Shown here: in pieces, positions 10,398-19,817 of the stretch
Position numbering within the stretch: the first letter of the stretch is position 1
How the letters are laid out: every line of letters starts with the position of its first letter
Source: Sedimentisphaerales bacterium
Lineage (GTDB): Bacteria > Planctomycetota > Phycisphaerae > Sedimentisphaerales > SM23-30
Reading direction: 5' to 3'
Assembly (NCBI GenBank): GCA_963663965.2
Contig: CAXXFK010000042.1
Location: 160,001-224,000, forward strand
Length of the DNA: 64,000 bases
The notes under the pieces: generated by a model
The model's input: only the letters and a program-made list of their open reading frames with translations
Told to the model about the DNA's origin: nothing
Database searches by the model: none
Position numbers and translations under genes: made by a program

Positions 10398-11228
10398 ATG
10401 GGCGATATTGTTAAGAAATCTGCCTCAGAGTTGCTAACCGAACAGCAACGGTGTCCTTATTGCGGGGCGGTCTTGAATCATGCTTTTTATTTTTGCCTGT
10501 CCTGCGCGACGCCTTATAAGTCGGTTTCCAATGTAATTACTGCTTACATTCCTCCTCCGCTGACCGAGGGAGAATTGATTGAGCAAAAAGTACCCCAGGT
10601 CTGGACGGTATTCTGGACTTACGCGATAGTGGTCTTTATCTGCTTTCTCATGAGTGTGATCGTGGATGAAGATGCGGAAAGCTGGTATTCCGTCCATCTG
10701 GTTCTGAGCGGCATCCTGTTTACTGCGGTGACTCTGTTTTTTGCGTTTTGGCATAAAACCGCTTTACAGGTTCAATTGAAACGGTTTGGTTTTAATCATC
10801 GATATGCCTGGGTTGGTTTGATCCTTCTGATCCCGGCTCTGCTGTTAAATTACGGTTTCCATTCGCTGGTGCGGTATCTCTTGGAAATGGAAGATTGTTA
10901 CCGCTCGCAAGCCATCAGCGAGTTGTTGAATCCAACCGGCCTGATCTTGATCATGTGTGTCTTACCGGCAATTACAGAAGAAATTGCCTTTCGGGGTTTG
11001 ATTCAGCATTGGCTGTCAACCGCTCTGGCGCCCTGGCGCGCCATTTTGTTGAGTGCCGCTTTATTTGCGGCATTGCATTTGAATTTGATCAGCTTTTTCT
11101 ATCTGTTTGGTTTGGGGGTTCTGCTGGGGTGGGTGCGATACAAAACCTGGAGTTTATATCCATCCATGATCATCCATTTTCTGCATAATTTAATTGTGGT
11201 ATTATATTTCTGGCCGCACCAAAGTTAA
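10398..11228 (+). CDS. CPBP family intramembrane metalloprotease with N-terminal double zinc ribbon
   Basis: CPYC...CLSC at the N-terminus; EEIAFRG, FAALH, HFLHN motifs. Start uncertain (10341 or 10398). Confidence 0.88.
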   Translation: MGDIVKKSASELLTEQQRCPYCGAVLNHAFYFCLSCATPYKSVSNVITAYIPPPLTEGELIEQKVPQVWTVFWTYAIVVFICFLMSVIVDEDAESWYSVHLVLSGILFTAVTLFFAFWHKTALQVQLKRFGFNHRYAWVGLILLIPALLLNYGFHSLVRYLLEMEDCYRSQAISELLNPTGLILIMCVLPAITEEIAFRGLIQHWLSTALAPWRAILLSAALFAALHLNLISFFYLFGLGVLLGWVRYKTWSLYPSMIIHFLHNLIVVLYFWPHQS

Positions 11229-11831
11229 TTGATCATCGATGAAAGGAGTGTGACCTTGACCATCTTAATCCTATGCATTCCCGGTTTATTGTGTGCGTTA
11301 CTGGCCTATCAAAAAGGAAGAAATCCGATTGGCTGGTTCTTTATTGGATTTTTTACGCACATTATTGGTTTGATTATCATCCTGGTTGTTTCCAATAAAC
11401 GGGAAGAAGCCGAAAAATTCAAGCAGCTGGAAAATGAAAACCGGCGTCTGCATGAACAACTGCGGCAGGAACGGTTGAAAAACGAACAATTTCGCAAACA
11501 CACGCAAGCCCGTCTTGATTACCATGATGAAACATTAGGGATTGATACCCGGTCGGTTAATACGGCCATGCTCAACGCGGGCGAACTCGAGCAACTGGAT
11601 GATATCGGAGACAGTGCCCACCCAGTCTACCAAATGGTATACGATTCGGAGTCGCAATCGCCATCGGTGACCATGATCGATACTGATGGTAAAGTCATAT
11701 CCGAACAACTGCCGGCTAACGATGATTATTCCCACACTAATGATCATTTGACGCCACCCAAAGCATTTGCCGACAGTGGAGAATTCAAATCGTCTGATTT
11801 CACCCAGGGCAACGTCCCGGAAATCCAGTAG
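11229..11831 (+). CDS. Hypothetical membrane protein: 2 TM segments, coiled coil, acidic tail
   Basis: ALLAYQKGRNPIGWFFIGFF helix-turn-helix membrane motif followed by a heptad-rich segment. The true start may be 11250/11256 after AAGGAG. Confidence 0.8.
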   Translation: MIIDERSVTLTILILCIPGLLCALLAYQKGRNPIGWFFIGFFTHIIGLIIILVVSNKREEAEKFKQLENENRRLHEQLRQERLKNEQFRKHTQARLDYHDETLGIDTRSVNTAMLNAGELEQLDDIGDSAHPVYQMVYDSESQSPSVTMIDTDGKVISEQLPANDDYSHTNDHLTPPKAFADSGEFKSSDFTQGNVPEIQ

Positions 11832-11853
11832 ACAGACAAAAGAAGGAAATGCC

Positions 11854-12744
11854 TTGGCAAAAATAAAACAAGAAGGAACGTTTTTGTTGGATGGTTTGAT
11901 TGAAGGGCCGATATTCGCCCCGGAAGATCATAAGAATCTGGAACTAATGCTGTCACGCGCGAGAACGCACGGAATTGTCATGCATCTTTCGGCCGATGGC
12001 GGCCGGTTCAGCCTGTTACCGGATCGCGATCCCATCCAGCTGGGCCATGATCTCACTGCGAAATCGATTGTGGTTAATCTGCTGGAGAATTGGTTGAGTG
12101 GTTACGACCCCCGGGAGTCCGGCCAGATTATGTCAACGCTGCGCAGCGTTGAGTATGTTCCTGGTGAAGAATTGCAGGTTTTGTATGGCATTGCACCCAA
12201 CGGCAAAATCCATACCGAGCAGCGTTCTGTCCAATGTCAGACAGTGCCTCCGCCTAAACCGCTCGATCCCCGTGTTGTCAAAAAGATGGTGATTTATGGT
12301 GTCGTCTCGGCTCTGGTTTGCATTCTTATTTCAACTCTCTTTGTGCCATACCGGGAACTGGGACGACGGTTCTGGAATAATATCAAGCCCTATGATACCA
12401 GTCAGTTGCGGGTGGATTGTGGGTATCAGGAAATTTTACAGGTTCAATCAGTGGAATATGACAAAAAGGATGCCGCCCTGGCCATTGAGTTTCAGGTACC
12501 GGCGGATCTATTGCTTTCTGCTGATTTACTGGCGGATCGCTGGCAAAAAGATGAATGCGGCCTGAAAGAAAAACTCGCGTTGGAAGCAATCTATAAAAAA
12601 CAGGTTATCTGCGATTCATATAACCATGAAGGGCAGTTTATTTCGAGGCTCTATTGCCGGCTCGTGGTCGATAATAGCGCCACAGGTCAGTGCCATATTC
12701 GAATCCCATTTAACCGGGCCATTGCAAAAATTGAATTGTATTAA
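11854..12744 (+). CDS. Hypothetical single-pass membrane protein
   Basis: Long ORF directly downstream of the previous gene. TTG start after AGAAGGA; one TM segment (VIYGVVSALVCILISTLFVPY). Confidence 0.75.
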   Translation: MAKIKQEGTFLLDGLIEGPIFAPEDHKNLELMLSRARTHGIVMHLSADGGRFSLLPDRDPIQLGHDLTAKSIVVNLLENWLSGYDPRESGQIMSTLRSVEYVPGEELQVLYGIAPNGKIHTEQRSVQCQTVPPPKPLDPRVVKKMVIYGVVSALVCILISTLFVPYRELGRRFWNNIKPYDTSQLRVDCGYQEILQVQSVEYDKKDAALAIEFQVPADLLLSADLLADRWQKDECGLKEKLALEAIYKKQVICDSYNHEGQFISRLYCRLVVDNSATGQCHIRIPFNRAIAKIELY

Positions 12745-12843
12745 TAAAAACGGTAGCGTGTTACATTTAGCCGTTAAATTCGATAAATTGGGTTAGTTTC
12801 GTTTGATGTGATAGAAACAGGTTATAAGAAATCCTGAAGTTTC

Positions 12844-12997
12844 GGATTATCTTATCGGAAATCTGTTGTGGTTTCGTGGAAAACGCCATCGAAGCCGGGC
12901 ATGGGGGGCGGATCGTGTTGAGCTTATTTCATCCATGTTTCTGGGCGGTTTAACTCCGTCGATGGTTTCAGTAATCGAAGCAAAAAACCAGCTTGCT
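12844..12997 (+). pseudogene. cutC: Degenerate copy of the first ~50 codons of cutC (direct repeat of 14358-14511)
   Basis: Aligns by eye at roughly 85% identity to the cutC 5' end (e.g. GGAAATCTGTTGTGGTT, ACGCCATCGAAGCCGGGCA, TCCATGTTTCTGGGCGG, TTAACTCCGTCGATGG); has indels and no start codon. Confidence 0.92.
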
Positions 12998-13267
12998 CTG
13001 AAGTATTGAGTCAACGGGATTATTTTTAGAATCGGGTATTCCGTTGGAAGTTACGCATATTATAAGACTTTAAGAAGTTTTACGGTAATAGGGGGGCAAG
13101 CAAGCCAATAGTGTTACTGACAGCGTTTAAGGCCGCAGGTCATTCTTCTGGCTTGATTTGACTATTGGTATATCCTTGTCATATCATTTATTTGGATAAG
13201 TAGTGTTTACGTTTAAAGTTTCCTCTCCAATTAAAGATATTCCAGATAATCCATTAAGGAGTGTATC

Positions 13268-14041
13268 ATGTTTCACAGGCGTTTTCTGGTTCTTGCGTCA
13301 GGGATTTTCTTTTCGGTTTATGCTATTCTGAACGCCGAAACAGTCACCCTTTTCAATGATTCCCAGTTGGCTACCTTAGTTTCTGTGGACGTTAACTCGG
13401 ATACCATTAGCAGTTACGGTTATCTTTTTACCTACTCGCGCGACAAGCTCTTTACCGGCGGAGTGGGTATGACCGAACCGATCGGCCGCTATGTCCGCAT
13501 TCCATGGCCCCAGGGAATTGAGGCCCAGGGTATTACTACCGGCCCGGCCGTTGGAACCGGCGCGCGTATCACCATCCGGCGGATCGACGGCGCGGTTTTC
13601 GATCTCACGGCCTTTACTGCCCGCTTGCTGGCTAATACCGTTGGTACTGGCGGTGCTATTGAAATTATGCCCATTATGGATGGCGAAGACGGCCTGAACG
13701 ATCCACTCGCCTTTGATGCCTCCGGCTCAGCCGGTATGGAGTTTTCCTACGACACCTCCCCCAACCATCTAGGCAGTACCGCGCTCCTCAAAGGATACGA
13801 AGAATATAAGCTCAAGCTGTTTGTCGATTTCGCGCTCACTGCCCTCACTCTGGATGGCCCCACCCAGGCTGACATTAACCGTGATGGAGTAGTCAACCTG
13901 CCCGATTTGGCGATTCTATCGGAACAATGGCTATCCATTCCCATGATCCCGTCAGCCGATATCGACTCAAACGGCGGCAATCATTTCATCGATCTGTCCG
14001 ACTTTACCCAGGTGACTTCCAGATGGCTGATGGGTCAGTAA
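13268..14041 (+). CDS. Secreted protein with C-terminal dockerin-like (paired EF-hand-type) domain
   Basis: TAAGGAG RBS and signal peptide. Tail has ADINRDGVVNLPDLAILSEQWL and ADIDSNGGNHFIDLSDFTQVTSRWL. Confidence 0.85.
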   Translation: MFHRRFLVLASGIFFSVYAILNAETVTLFNDSQLATLVSVDVNSDTISSYGYLFTYSRDKLFTGGVGMTEPIGRYVRIPWPQGIEAQGITTGPAVGTGARITIRRIDGAVFDLTAFTARLLANTVGTGGAIEIMPIMDGEDGLNDPLAFDASGSAGMEFSYDTSPNHLGSTALLKGYEEYKLKLFVDFALTALTLDGPTQADINRDGVVNLPDLAILSEQWLSIPMIPSADIDSNGGNHFIDLSDFTQVTSRWLMGQ

Positions 14042-14349
14042 TCGCTATTTGAATCTTAGCTCTTCTGGGAAATGCCAGCTCATTTTATCCCATCAGATAT
14101 CCCAAATACTTTTCGTTTTCCAATTTGGGTTAAAATATAAACGACATGTCTTTCTATCTGTCAATAATTGAGTTGAACTTGACTCAGTTATGTCATACAT
14201 TAAATCGTTGCATGATAACTTAAGAAGCACAACCATGATTTGTGTTAAACGTGACAATTGGATTAATATATCCTGTCAGATAGGATGTTAATATTAGTAC
14301 ATGTTAAGATAATGTATTATTCAGGTTTTATAGAAGTGAGGAAAACACT

Positions 14350-15105
14350 ATGTCCAGGGATATCTTGCTGGAAATCTGTTGTGGTTCCGTGGATGACGCC
14401 ATCGAAGCCGGGCAGGGCGGGGCGGATCGTGTCGAACTTAATTCTTCCATGTTTCTGGGCGGATTAACTCCGTCGATGGGATCCGTGATCGAAGCCAAAA
14501 AGCAGATTGCTATTCCCGTTATGGTTATGATCCGACCCCGCAGCGGCGGTTTTTGTTATACCGATGCGGAATATCAGGTCATGCTGCACGATACCCGGCT
14601 TGCTTTGGAATCTGGGGCCGATGGAATTGTATTCGGCATCCTTTGTGCCGATGGGATTGTCGATATCGACCGTTGCCGATCGGTGGTTGATCTGGTGAAA
14701 GCCTCTGGCAAAGAGGTGGTTTTTCATCGCGCCTTCGATGTCTTACCCGATCCGTTTGAAGCCATGGAACAATTGGTCGAACTGGGCATCGACCGGATCC
14801 TTACCAGCGGCCAGGAACGTTCCGTGCCTGAAGGGATACCGCTACTGAAAAAGCTGATCGAAACCGCCGCCGACCGTATCCAGATTCTGCCCGGCGGCGG
14901 CATTAAACCCCATAACGCTGCCTGGATCATCGAACAGACCGGCGCGACGATGGTACACATGGCCGCCTTCAAATCCATGAGCGATTCATCCTGCCGGCAT
15001 CATCCCAGTATCACCTTTGGCGGATGCCTTTACCCGCCGGAAAACCGCTACGATTTGATCGATCAAGATGCAGTAAGAAAAATGAGAAATGAGTGTAATC
15101 GATAA
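14350..15105 (+). CDS. cutC: Copper homeostasis protein CutC family
   Basis: LLEICCGS, GGADRVEL, GGLTPS, MIRPRSGGFCY, FHRAFD, RILTSG, ILPGGGI. Confidence 0.95.
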   Translation: MSRDILLEICCGSVDDAIEAGQGGADRVELNSSMFLGGLTPSMGSVIEAKKQIAIPVMVMIRPRSGGFCYTDAEYQVMLHDTRLALESGADGIVFGILCADGIVDIDRCRSVVDLVKASGKEVVFHRAFDVLPDPFEAMEQLVELGIDRILTSGQERSVPEGIPLLKKLIETAADRIQILPGGGIKPHNAAWIIEQTGATMVHMAAFKSMSDSSCRHHPSITFGGCLYPPENRYDLIDQDAVRKMRNECNR

Positions 15106-15107
15106 TC

Positions 15108-15785
15108 CTAATCCAGCCGATAATCGATGGGTTTTCGGCCGGCCTGTCGCCGGAGTTCGTTATGCATCTCGAACATCTGTTTTTTGATCAGGCGGGTATA
15201 TTCTTCTCGTGTCATGGATTTGGCCTGTTCGGGTTTGATCGGTTTGCCATACATCACACGGATCTGGCCGGCGCCCGGCAGCTTTTGATGGCGGGACCAT
15301 GCTTCAAACGATCCTTCAATGGCAACCGGAATGGTCGTTGCGTTTGCCCGGCGGGCGATCAGGTAAAAGCCACCCTTAAAATCCTTGATCGTTCCATCGT
15401 CACTTCGTGTTCCTTCCGGAAACATAACCGTCGCCCGACCCAGCTTTAACCGGTTCACAATCAGGCGTAATCCTGTCATATCCGTTTCATCCCGGTTGAT
15501 TGGGAATGCGTTCAAGTTGTTAAGCAATCGTCCAAATATCCCGCGGAACAAAGTTTCCCGCGCCATATAATCCAGATCCCGTTTGATTCCTATACCACAG
15601 ATTACCGGATCCATAAAGCTTTGATGGTTTGATACTAATAAGACCGGTCCTTCCATTGGAACCCGTTCTCGCTTGTAGATGCGTATATTATAAATAAAGG
15701 TAAACGCCAGATAGAGCAGGTTTTTGAATATCCAGTATACCCATAGATTGGTCGCCTGGGGAGATTGAGTCTTAACCTGGGTCAT
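15108..15785 (-). CDS. plsC: 1-acyl-sn-glycerol-3-phosphate acyltransferase
   Basis: NHQSFMD (HX4D) and FPEGTRS motifs; coupled to the cmk stop. Confidence 0.92.
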   Translation of the reverse strand: MTQVKTQSPQATNLWVYWIFKNLLYLAFTFIYNIRIYKRERVPMEGPVLLVSNHQSFMDPVICGIGIKRDLDYMARETLFRGIFGRLLNNLNAFPINRDETDMTGLRLIVNRLKLGRATVMFPEGTRSDDGTIKDFKGGFYLIARRANATTIPVAIEGSFEAWSRHQKLPGAGQIRVMYGKPIKPEQAKSMTREEYTRLIKKQMFEMHNELRRQAGRKPIDYRLD

Positions 15786-16447
15786 TAATTACCCTCCTTG
15801 ATAATTTGGGCCAGTGTATCCACCACCTGCTCAATCGACATCTCAGTCGTATCGATATGTCGGGCGTCTTCTGCCAGTTTCAAGGGACCTACCGATCGGT
15901 TTTGATCTCGCTGGTCCCGTTCAATCTGATCGTTAAGAATTTTCTTAAATCCAGCCGGCCCGTCAGGGCTGCCCATTTGCTCCCAGCGCCGTCTCGCCCG
16001 GCACTCGGCTGAGGCATCCAGAAAAAATTTAAAGGGCGCTTCCGGAAAGACCACTGTACCCTGGTCTCGACCTTCCGTGACTAAAGAGCCGGCTTCCCTG
16101 CCAATAACCTGTTGTTGCCTGACCAGGGTTGATCTTACGGAAGGAACCGATGCAATTTTATGGGCGGCTCCTGTAACTTCCGGGGTGCGAATTTCGCGGG
16201 TGATCTCCAGGCCATCCAGATAAACACGCTGGATTCCCTGGTCATTAACAAAAGTGACCCGGCACTGTTCAGCCAGTTCGGTCAGCGCTTCAGGGTTATC
16301 TAAATTAACAGATCGCTGCAATGCCGCCCATGTGACCGCACGGTACATGGCTCCGGTATCCAGATAGGCCATATTCAATTGCTCAGCCAATAATCTGGCT
16401 ACGGTGCTTTTGCCAGATCCGGCCGGACCATCTATAGTGATGATCAT
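15785..16447 (-). CDS. cmk: Cytidylate kinase
   Basis: ITIDGPAGSGKST P-loop, LDTGAMYRA, EGRDQGTVVFP. AGGAG RBS upstream of ATG 16447. Confidence 0.96.
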   Translation of the reverse strand: MIITIDGPAGSGKSTVARLLAEQLNMAYLDTGAMYRAVTWAALQRSVNLDNPEALTELAEQCRVTFVNDQGIQRVYLDGLEITREIRTPEVTGAAHKIASVPSVRSTLVRQQQVIGREAGSLVTEGRDQGTVVFPEAPFKFFLDASAECRARRRWEQMGSPDGPAGFKKILNDQIERDQRDQNRSVGPLKLAEDARHIDTTEMSIEQVVDTLAQIIKEGN

Positions 16448-16644
16448 AATGATACTCCTGAGATTATGAAGTAAGGAATCGGTCTGTTTGGCTGCTGCCG
16501 GTATGGCTTGATTCCTTATCATCGGGCAATTCTTGATCGTAATCATAGTAGCAATCAACAGGGGGTTGTCAACCTTCTGCATACCTCATTTTGTCGTTAC
16601 AGGGCTGTCCAGCCGAAATTATATTTTCACGTTATGAATTTTAC

Positions 16645-16673
16645 TTGACCCGGATTAATCAATCAGGTAAATT
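16645..16673 (+). promoter_or_regulatory. Putative sigma70-type promoter upstream of the ncRNA candidate and rny
   Basis: TTGACC (16645-16650), 17 nt, TAAATT (16668-16673). Confidence 0.45.
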
Positions 16674-16752
16674 AAAATAGATTTAGTGTTTAAACTAAAT
16701 CCTTATTAAAGTACGATTACTATATAAGAGTGAATTGAAATTTTGTTTCTTA

Positions 16753-17109
16753 AACCACCCTGCGAGTAGCCGGACAGGCTTTTGCGGGAATTTTTATATT
16801 GAGCAGGGGAACCTGCTTCTGAAAAGCTGGATATAGCGATATCTCCTGAAATTATTTTGATTTCAGGATTAAATCAAGACTCGCAATCAGGATAATAATT
16901 CACATTCAGGCATAACATGCATAATGATAATTACAGTTATATCAATGGCTTATGTAAATCGACCCATCGGAAGATGTCTGTCGTTTTACAGACCGATTGG
17001 GTATGCGGGGTTCTGTTTTGATTCGATAACCCCCTGACTGACATCATCTTATTCATGTACATTATCTTCTGAGCAGTCTTATCCTGTCTGGCTCCTATCA
17101 GCGGCGGTT
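16753..17109 (+). ncRNA. Structured RNA candidate: enlarged 6S-like RNA or rny leader
   Basis: Long-range complementarity of ends (AGCCGGACAGG 16768-16778 with CCTGTCTGGCT 17083-17093; AACCACCCTG with CAGCGGCGGTT), several internal hairpins, and position directly upstream of rny. Confidence 0.5.
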
Positions 17110-17182
17110 CCTGAACAATCCCTGAAAATTCTTTCCGGTTCCTTGGGTGCAATCAATTATTTTTCAACCACAGGAGTTTGTT

Positions 17183-18772
17183 ATGATATACCCATTTTTA
17201 TTAGCCGACATCAACGGAACATGCCTCTTTATCGGAGGTGTTGTTGGTTTGGTCGCCGGAGCCGGATTGACTTTTCTTGTCCTTAATGTTACTGGTAAGT
17301 CCAAAATTAAACTGGCTCAAGTACAAGCTGAGGAAATAATCAAAGACGCGAAAACCAATGCAGAAAATATTGTCAAAACCGCTCAACTGGAAGCCAAAGC
17401 TGAATTTATCCAGAAAAAAGAAGAGTTCGAAAAAGAAAACGCCAAGGTTCGGGATGAATTAAGAGAGGTGGAACGCCATTTAAGTAAACGGGAAGATTCT
17501 GTTGACCGTAAATGGGAGAGTCTGTCCGTTAAAGAGCAGGGTCTGGAAAAACGCGAAAAGAAAATCGGCCAGAAAGAACAGGAAATCCAGAATAAGGAAG
17601 AACAGCTTTCCAACACACTTTCTGAACAACGCCAGCAACTTCTTAGAATTTCCGGGGTTACTGCCGATGAAGCCAAAGAGATGTTGCTGAAACGCATCGA
17701 AAACGAGGTTACCGGCGAGGCATCCAATATGATCGAACAGGTGATAACCCGCGCCCGTGAAGAAGCGACCACCCGAAGCCGTGAAATTACCATTAATGCG
17801 ATTCAGCGATATGCTGCGGTTCATACCTGCGATAACACCGTATCGACGGTCGATATCCCCAGTGATGATATGAAAGGCCGCGTTATCGGACGCGAAGGCC
17901 GCAACATCCGTTCATTTGAAAAGGCAACCGGTGTCGATGTTATTATCGACGATACTCCGGGTGTGGTAGTGGTATCCGCTTTCGATCCGGTACGGCGTGA
18001 AGTCGCCAGGCAGAGTCTCGAGCGTCTGATACAGGATGGACGCATACACCCGGCTCGTATCGAAGAAATTGTGGATGAAACCCGCAAGGAGATGGATAAC
18101 CAGTTGTTTGAAATCGGCAAGCGAACAGTTCTTGAGGTCAATTTGAATGGTCTGCCCAATAAGCTAATGCCCTATTTAGGGCGTTTGAATTATCGTACCA
18201 GCTATGGCCAGAATGTTCTGCGTCACAGTGTTGAAGTGGCGTTTCTCGCCCAGGCCATGGCGGAAGAACTGGGGCTCGATGGTACGCTGGCGCGTCGATG
18301 CGGGCTCCTGCATGATATTGGCAAAGCGGTTGACCATGAGATCGAAGGGGGCCATCCTGAAATTGGCGCTGATTTAATGCGGAAATTCAAAGAAAGTGAA
18401 ATTGTCATTAATTCGATTGCCGGGCATCACAGCGATATCCCGGCGACCTCTCCCTATACGCCATTGATCGCCGCGGCTGATGCGATGAGCGCGTCCCGTC
18501 CCGGCGCCCGGCGTGAAACGCTTGAACGGTATATCAAACGTCTGGAGAACCTCGAAAAACTGGCCACCGATTTCAGCGGTGTCCGTCAGGCGTATGCGAT
18601 TCAGGCGGGACGGGAAATTCGGGTTATCGTCGATCCGGAAGAAGTGGATGACAATTCTGCCTGGAAGACCGCCCATGATATTGCCAAGAAAGTGGAAGAC
18701 GAACTGACCTATCCCGGCGAAGTCAAAGTGACTCTATTGCGTGAAGTACGGTGCATCGAATACGCGCGATAA
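17183..18772 (+). CDS. rny: Ribonuclease Y
   Basis: N-terminal TM, coiled coil, KH domain ([14 protein letters not shown]), HD domain (HSVEVA...LLHDIGK), [18 protein letters not shown] before ATG 17183. Confidence 0.97.
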   Translation: MIYPFLLADINGTCLFIGGVVGLVAGAGLTFLVLNVTGKSKIKLAQVQAEEIIKDAKTNAENIVKTAQLEAKAEFIQKKEEFEKENAKVRDELREVERHLSKREDSVDRKWESLSVKEQGLEKREKKIGQKEQEIQNKEEQLSNTLSEQRQQLLRISGVTADEAKEMLLKRIENEVTGEASNMIEQVITRAREEATTRSREITINAIQRYAAVHTCDNTVSTVDIPSDDMKGRVIGREGRNIRSFEKATGVDVIIDDTPGVVVVSAFDPVRREVARQSLERLIQDGRIHPARIEEIVDETRKEMDNQLFEIGKRTVLEVNLNGLPNKLMPYLGRLNYRTSYGQNVLRHSVEVAFLAQAMAEELGLDGTLARRCGLLHDIGKAVDHEIEGGHPEIGADLMRKFKESEIVINSIAGHHSDIPATSPYTPLIAAADAMSASRPGARRETLERYIKRLENLEKLATDFSGVRQAYAIQAGREIRVIVDPEEVDDNSAWKTAHDIAKKVEDELTYPGEVKVTLLREVRCIEYAR

Positions 18773-18814
18773 TGCCGGTATTGCCCGTTTGGCCGGGCTG
18801 GAAATGAGTGTTCA

Positions 18815-19672
18815 ATGATCATTAAAATTCTGTGCCTGGGCGATCTGGTAGGTCGCCCGGGACGTTATGTTCTGTCCGAAAAACTGGAGACGCTGGTCAA
18901 AGATCGGCAGATCGACTGTGTCGTCGCCAATGTCGAAAATGCCGCCGGCGGCTCAGGACTCACCGAAAGAATCTACCAGAAGCTGCTTCGCTACGGTGTC
19001 AATCTCATGACGCTGGGCGATCACGTCTACCGGAAGCGCGAAATCATCGATACGTTGCAGAATTCGGACTGCATTGTCAGACCGGCCAATCTCTCCGCCC
19101 CGGCCGCCGGACGGGAATATGCCATTTATAAAACCGCCAGCGGTCATCAGGTTGCCGTGGTATCCTTATTGGGCCGGATGTACATGCAGATGCAATCGGA
19201 TAATCCCTTTCATGCCGCCGACCGTATCCTGCGTAAAATCCCTGATGATATCAAACTGATTGTGGTTGATATGCACGCCGAAGCCACCAGCGAAAAAGTG
19301 GCGATGGGCCGTTATCTTGACGGCCGCGTCTCGCTGGTCTTTGGCACCCATACCCATGTCCAGACCGCCGATGAAAGCATCCTGCCCCACGGCACCGGAT
19401 ATATCACCGATCTGGGGATGACCGGCCCGCACGATTCAGTCCTTGGGCGCAATGTCGAGCCCGTGCTGAAAAGCCTGGTGACCCAGATGCCCTTTCCTTA
19501 CAGCATCGCTTCCGGCGATCTGAGAATGAATGGCATTATCGCTTCTGTGGATTCTATTTCCGGTAAAACCACCGCCATTGAACGCATCCGCATCGAATGC
19601 GATTATGACAACGGCCCGGTAGTCGATCAGGATGACGGCCGCGGTACCGGTGGAGATAATCACTTGCCTTGA
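18815..19672 (+). CDS. ymdB: YmdB-like metallophosphoesterase (2',3'-cyclic nucleotide phosphodiesterase)
   Basis: GDLVGRPG, NVENAAGG, DMHAEATSEK, GTHTHVQTAD, TDLGMTGP; directly follows rny. Confidence 0.93.
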   Translation: MIIKILCLGDLVGRPGRYVLSEKLETLVKDRQIDCVVANVENAAGGSGLTERIYQKLLRYGVNLMTLGDHVYRKREIIDTLQNSDCIVRPANLSAPAAGREYAIYKTASGHQVAVVSLLGRMYMQMQSDNPFHAADRILRKIPDDIKLIVVDMHAEATSEKVAMGRYLDGRVSLVFGTHTHVQTADESILPHGTGYITDLGMTGPHDSVLGRNVEPVLKSLVTQMPFPYSIASGDLRMNGIIASVDSISGKTTAIERIRIECDYDNGPVVDQDDGRGTGGDNHLP

Positions 19673-19817
19673 TTGAATGAACTCGAATTTTCAGTTTTTG
19701 AAAACCGGTTTCTGGTTTTGATGGGCACGCTGAAGGGTGTTCTTGACATTTGAATGCCAATCTTGTATCTCATGTTTTGTTTCCGTTGTGGTCAATGATT
19801 TGCATATGAGATCTGTT

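Noticed and set aside
12844..14511. cutC repeat pair as the template/variable repeat of a diversity-generating retroelement
   Set aside because: Mismatches are not confined to adenines, indels are present, and there is no reverse transcriptase in the window.
17000..17033. GGGGTTCTGTTTTGATTCGA resembling a tmRNA 5' end; its complement resembles the RNase P 3' motif
   Set aside because: No tRNA-like 3' end with CCA and no GAGGAAAGTCC motif; the segment forms its own local hairpin.
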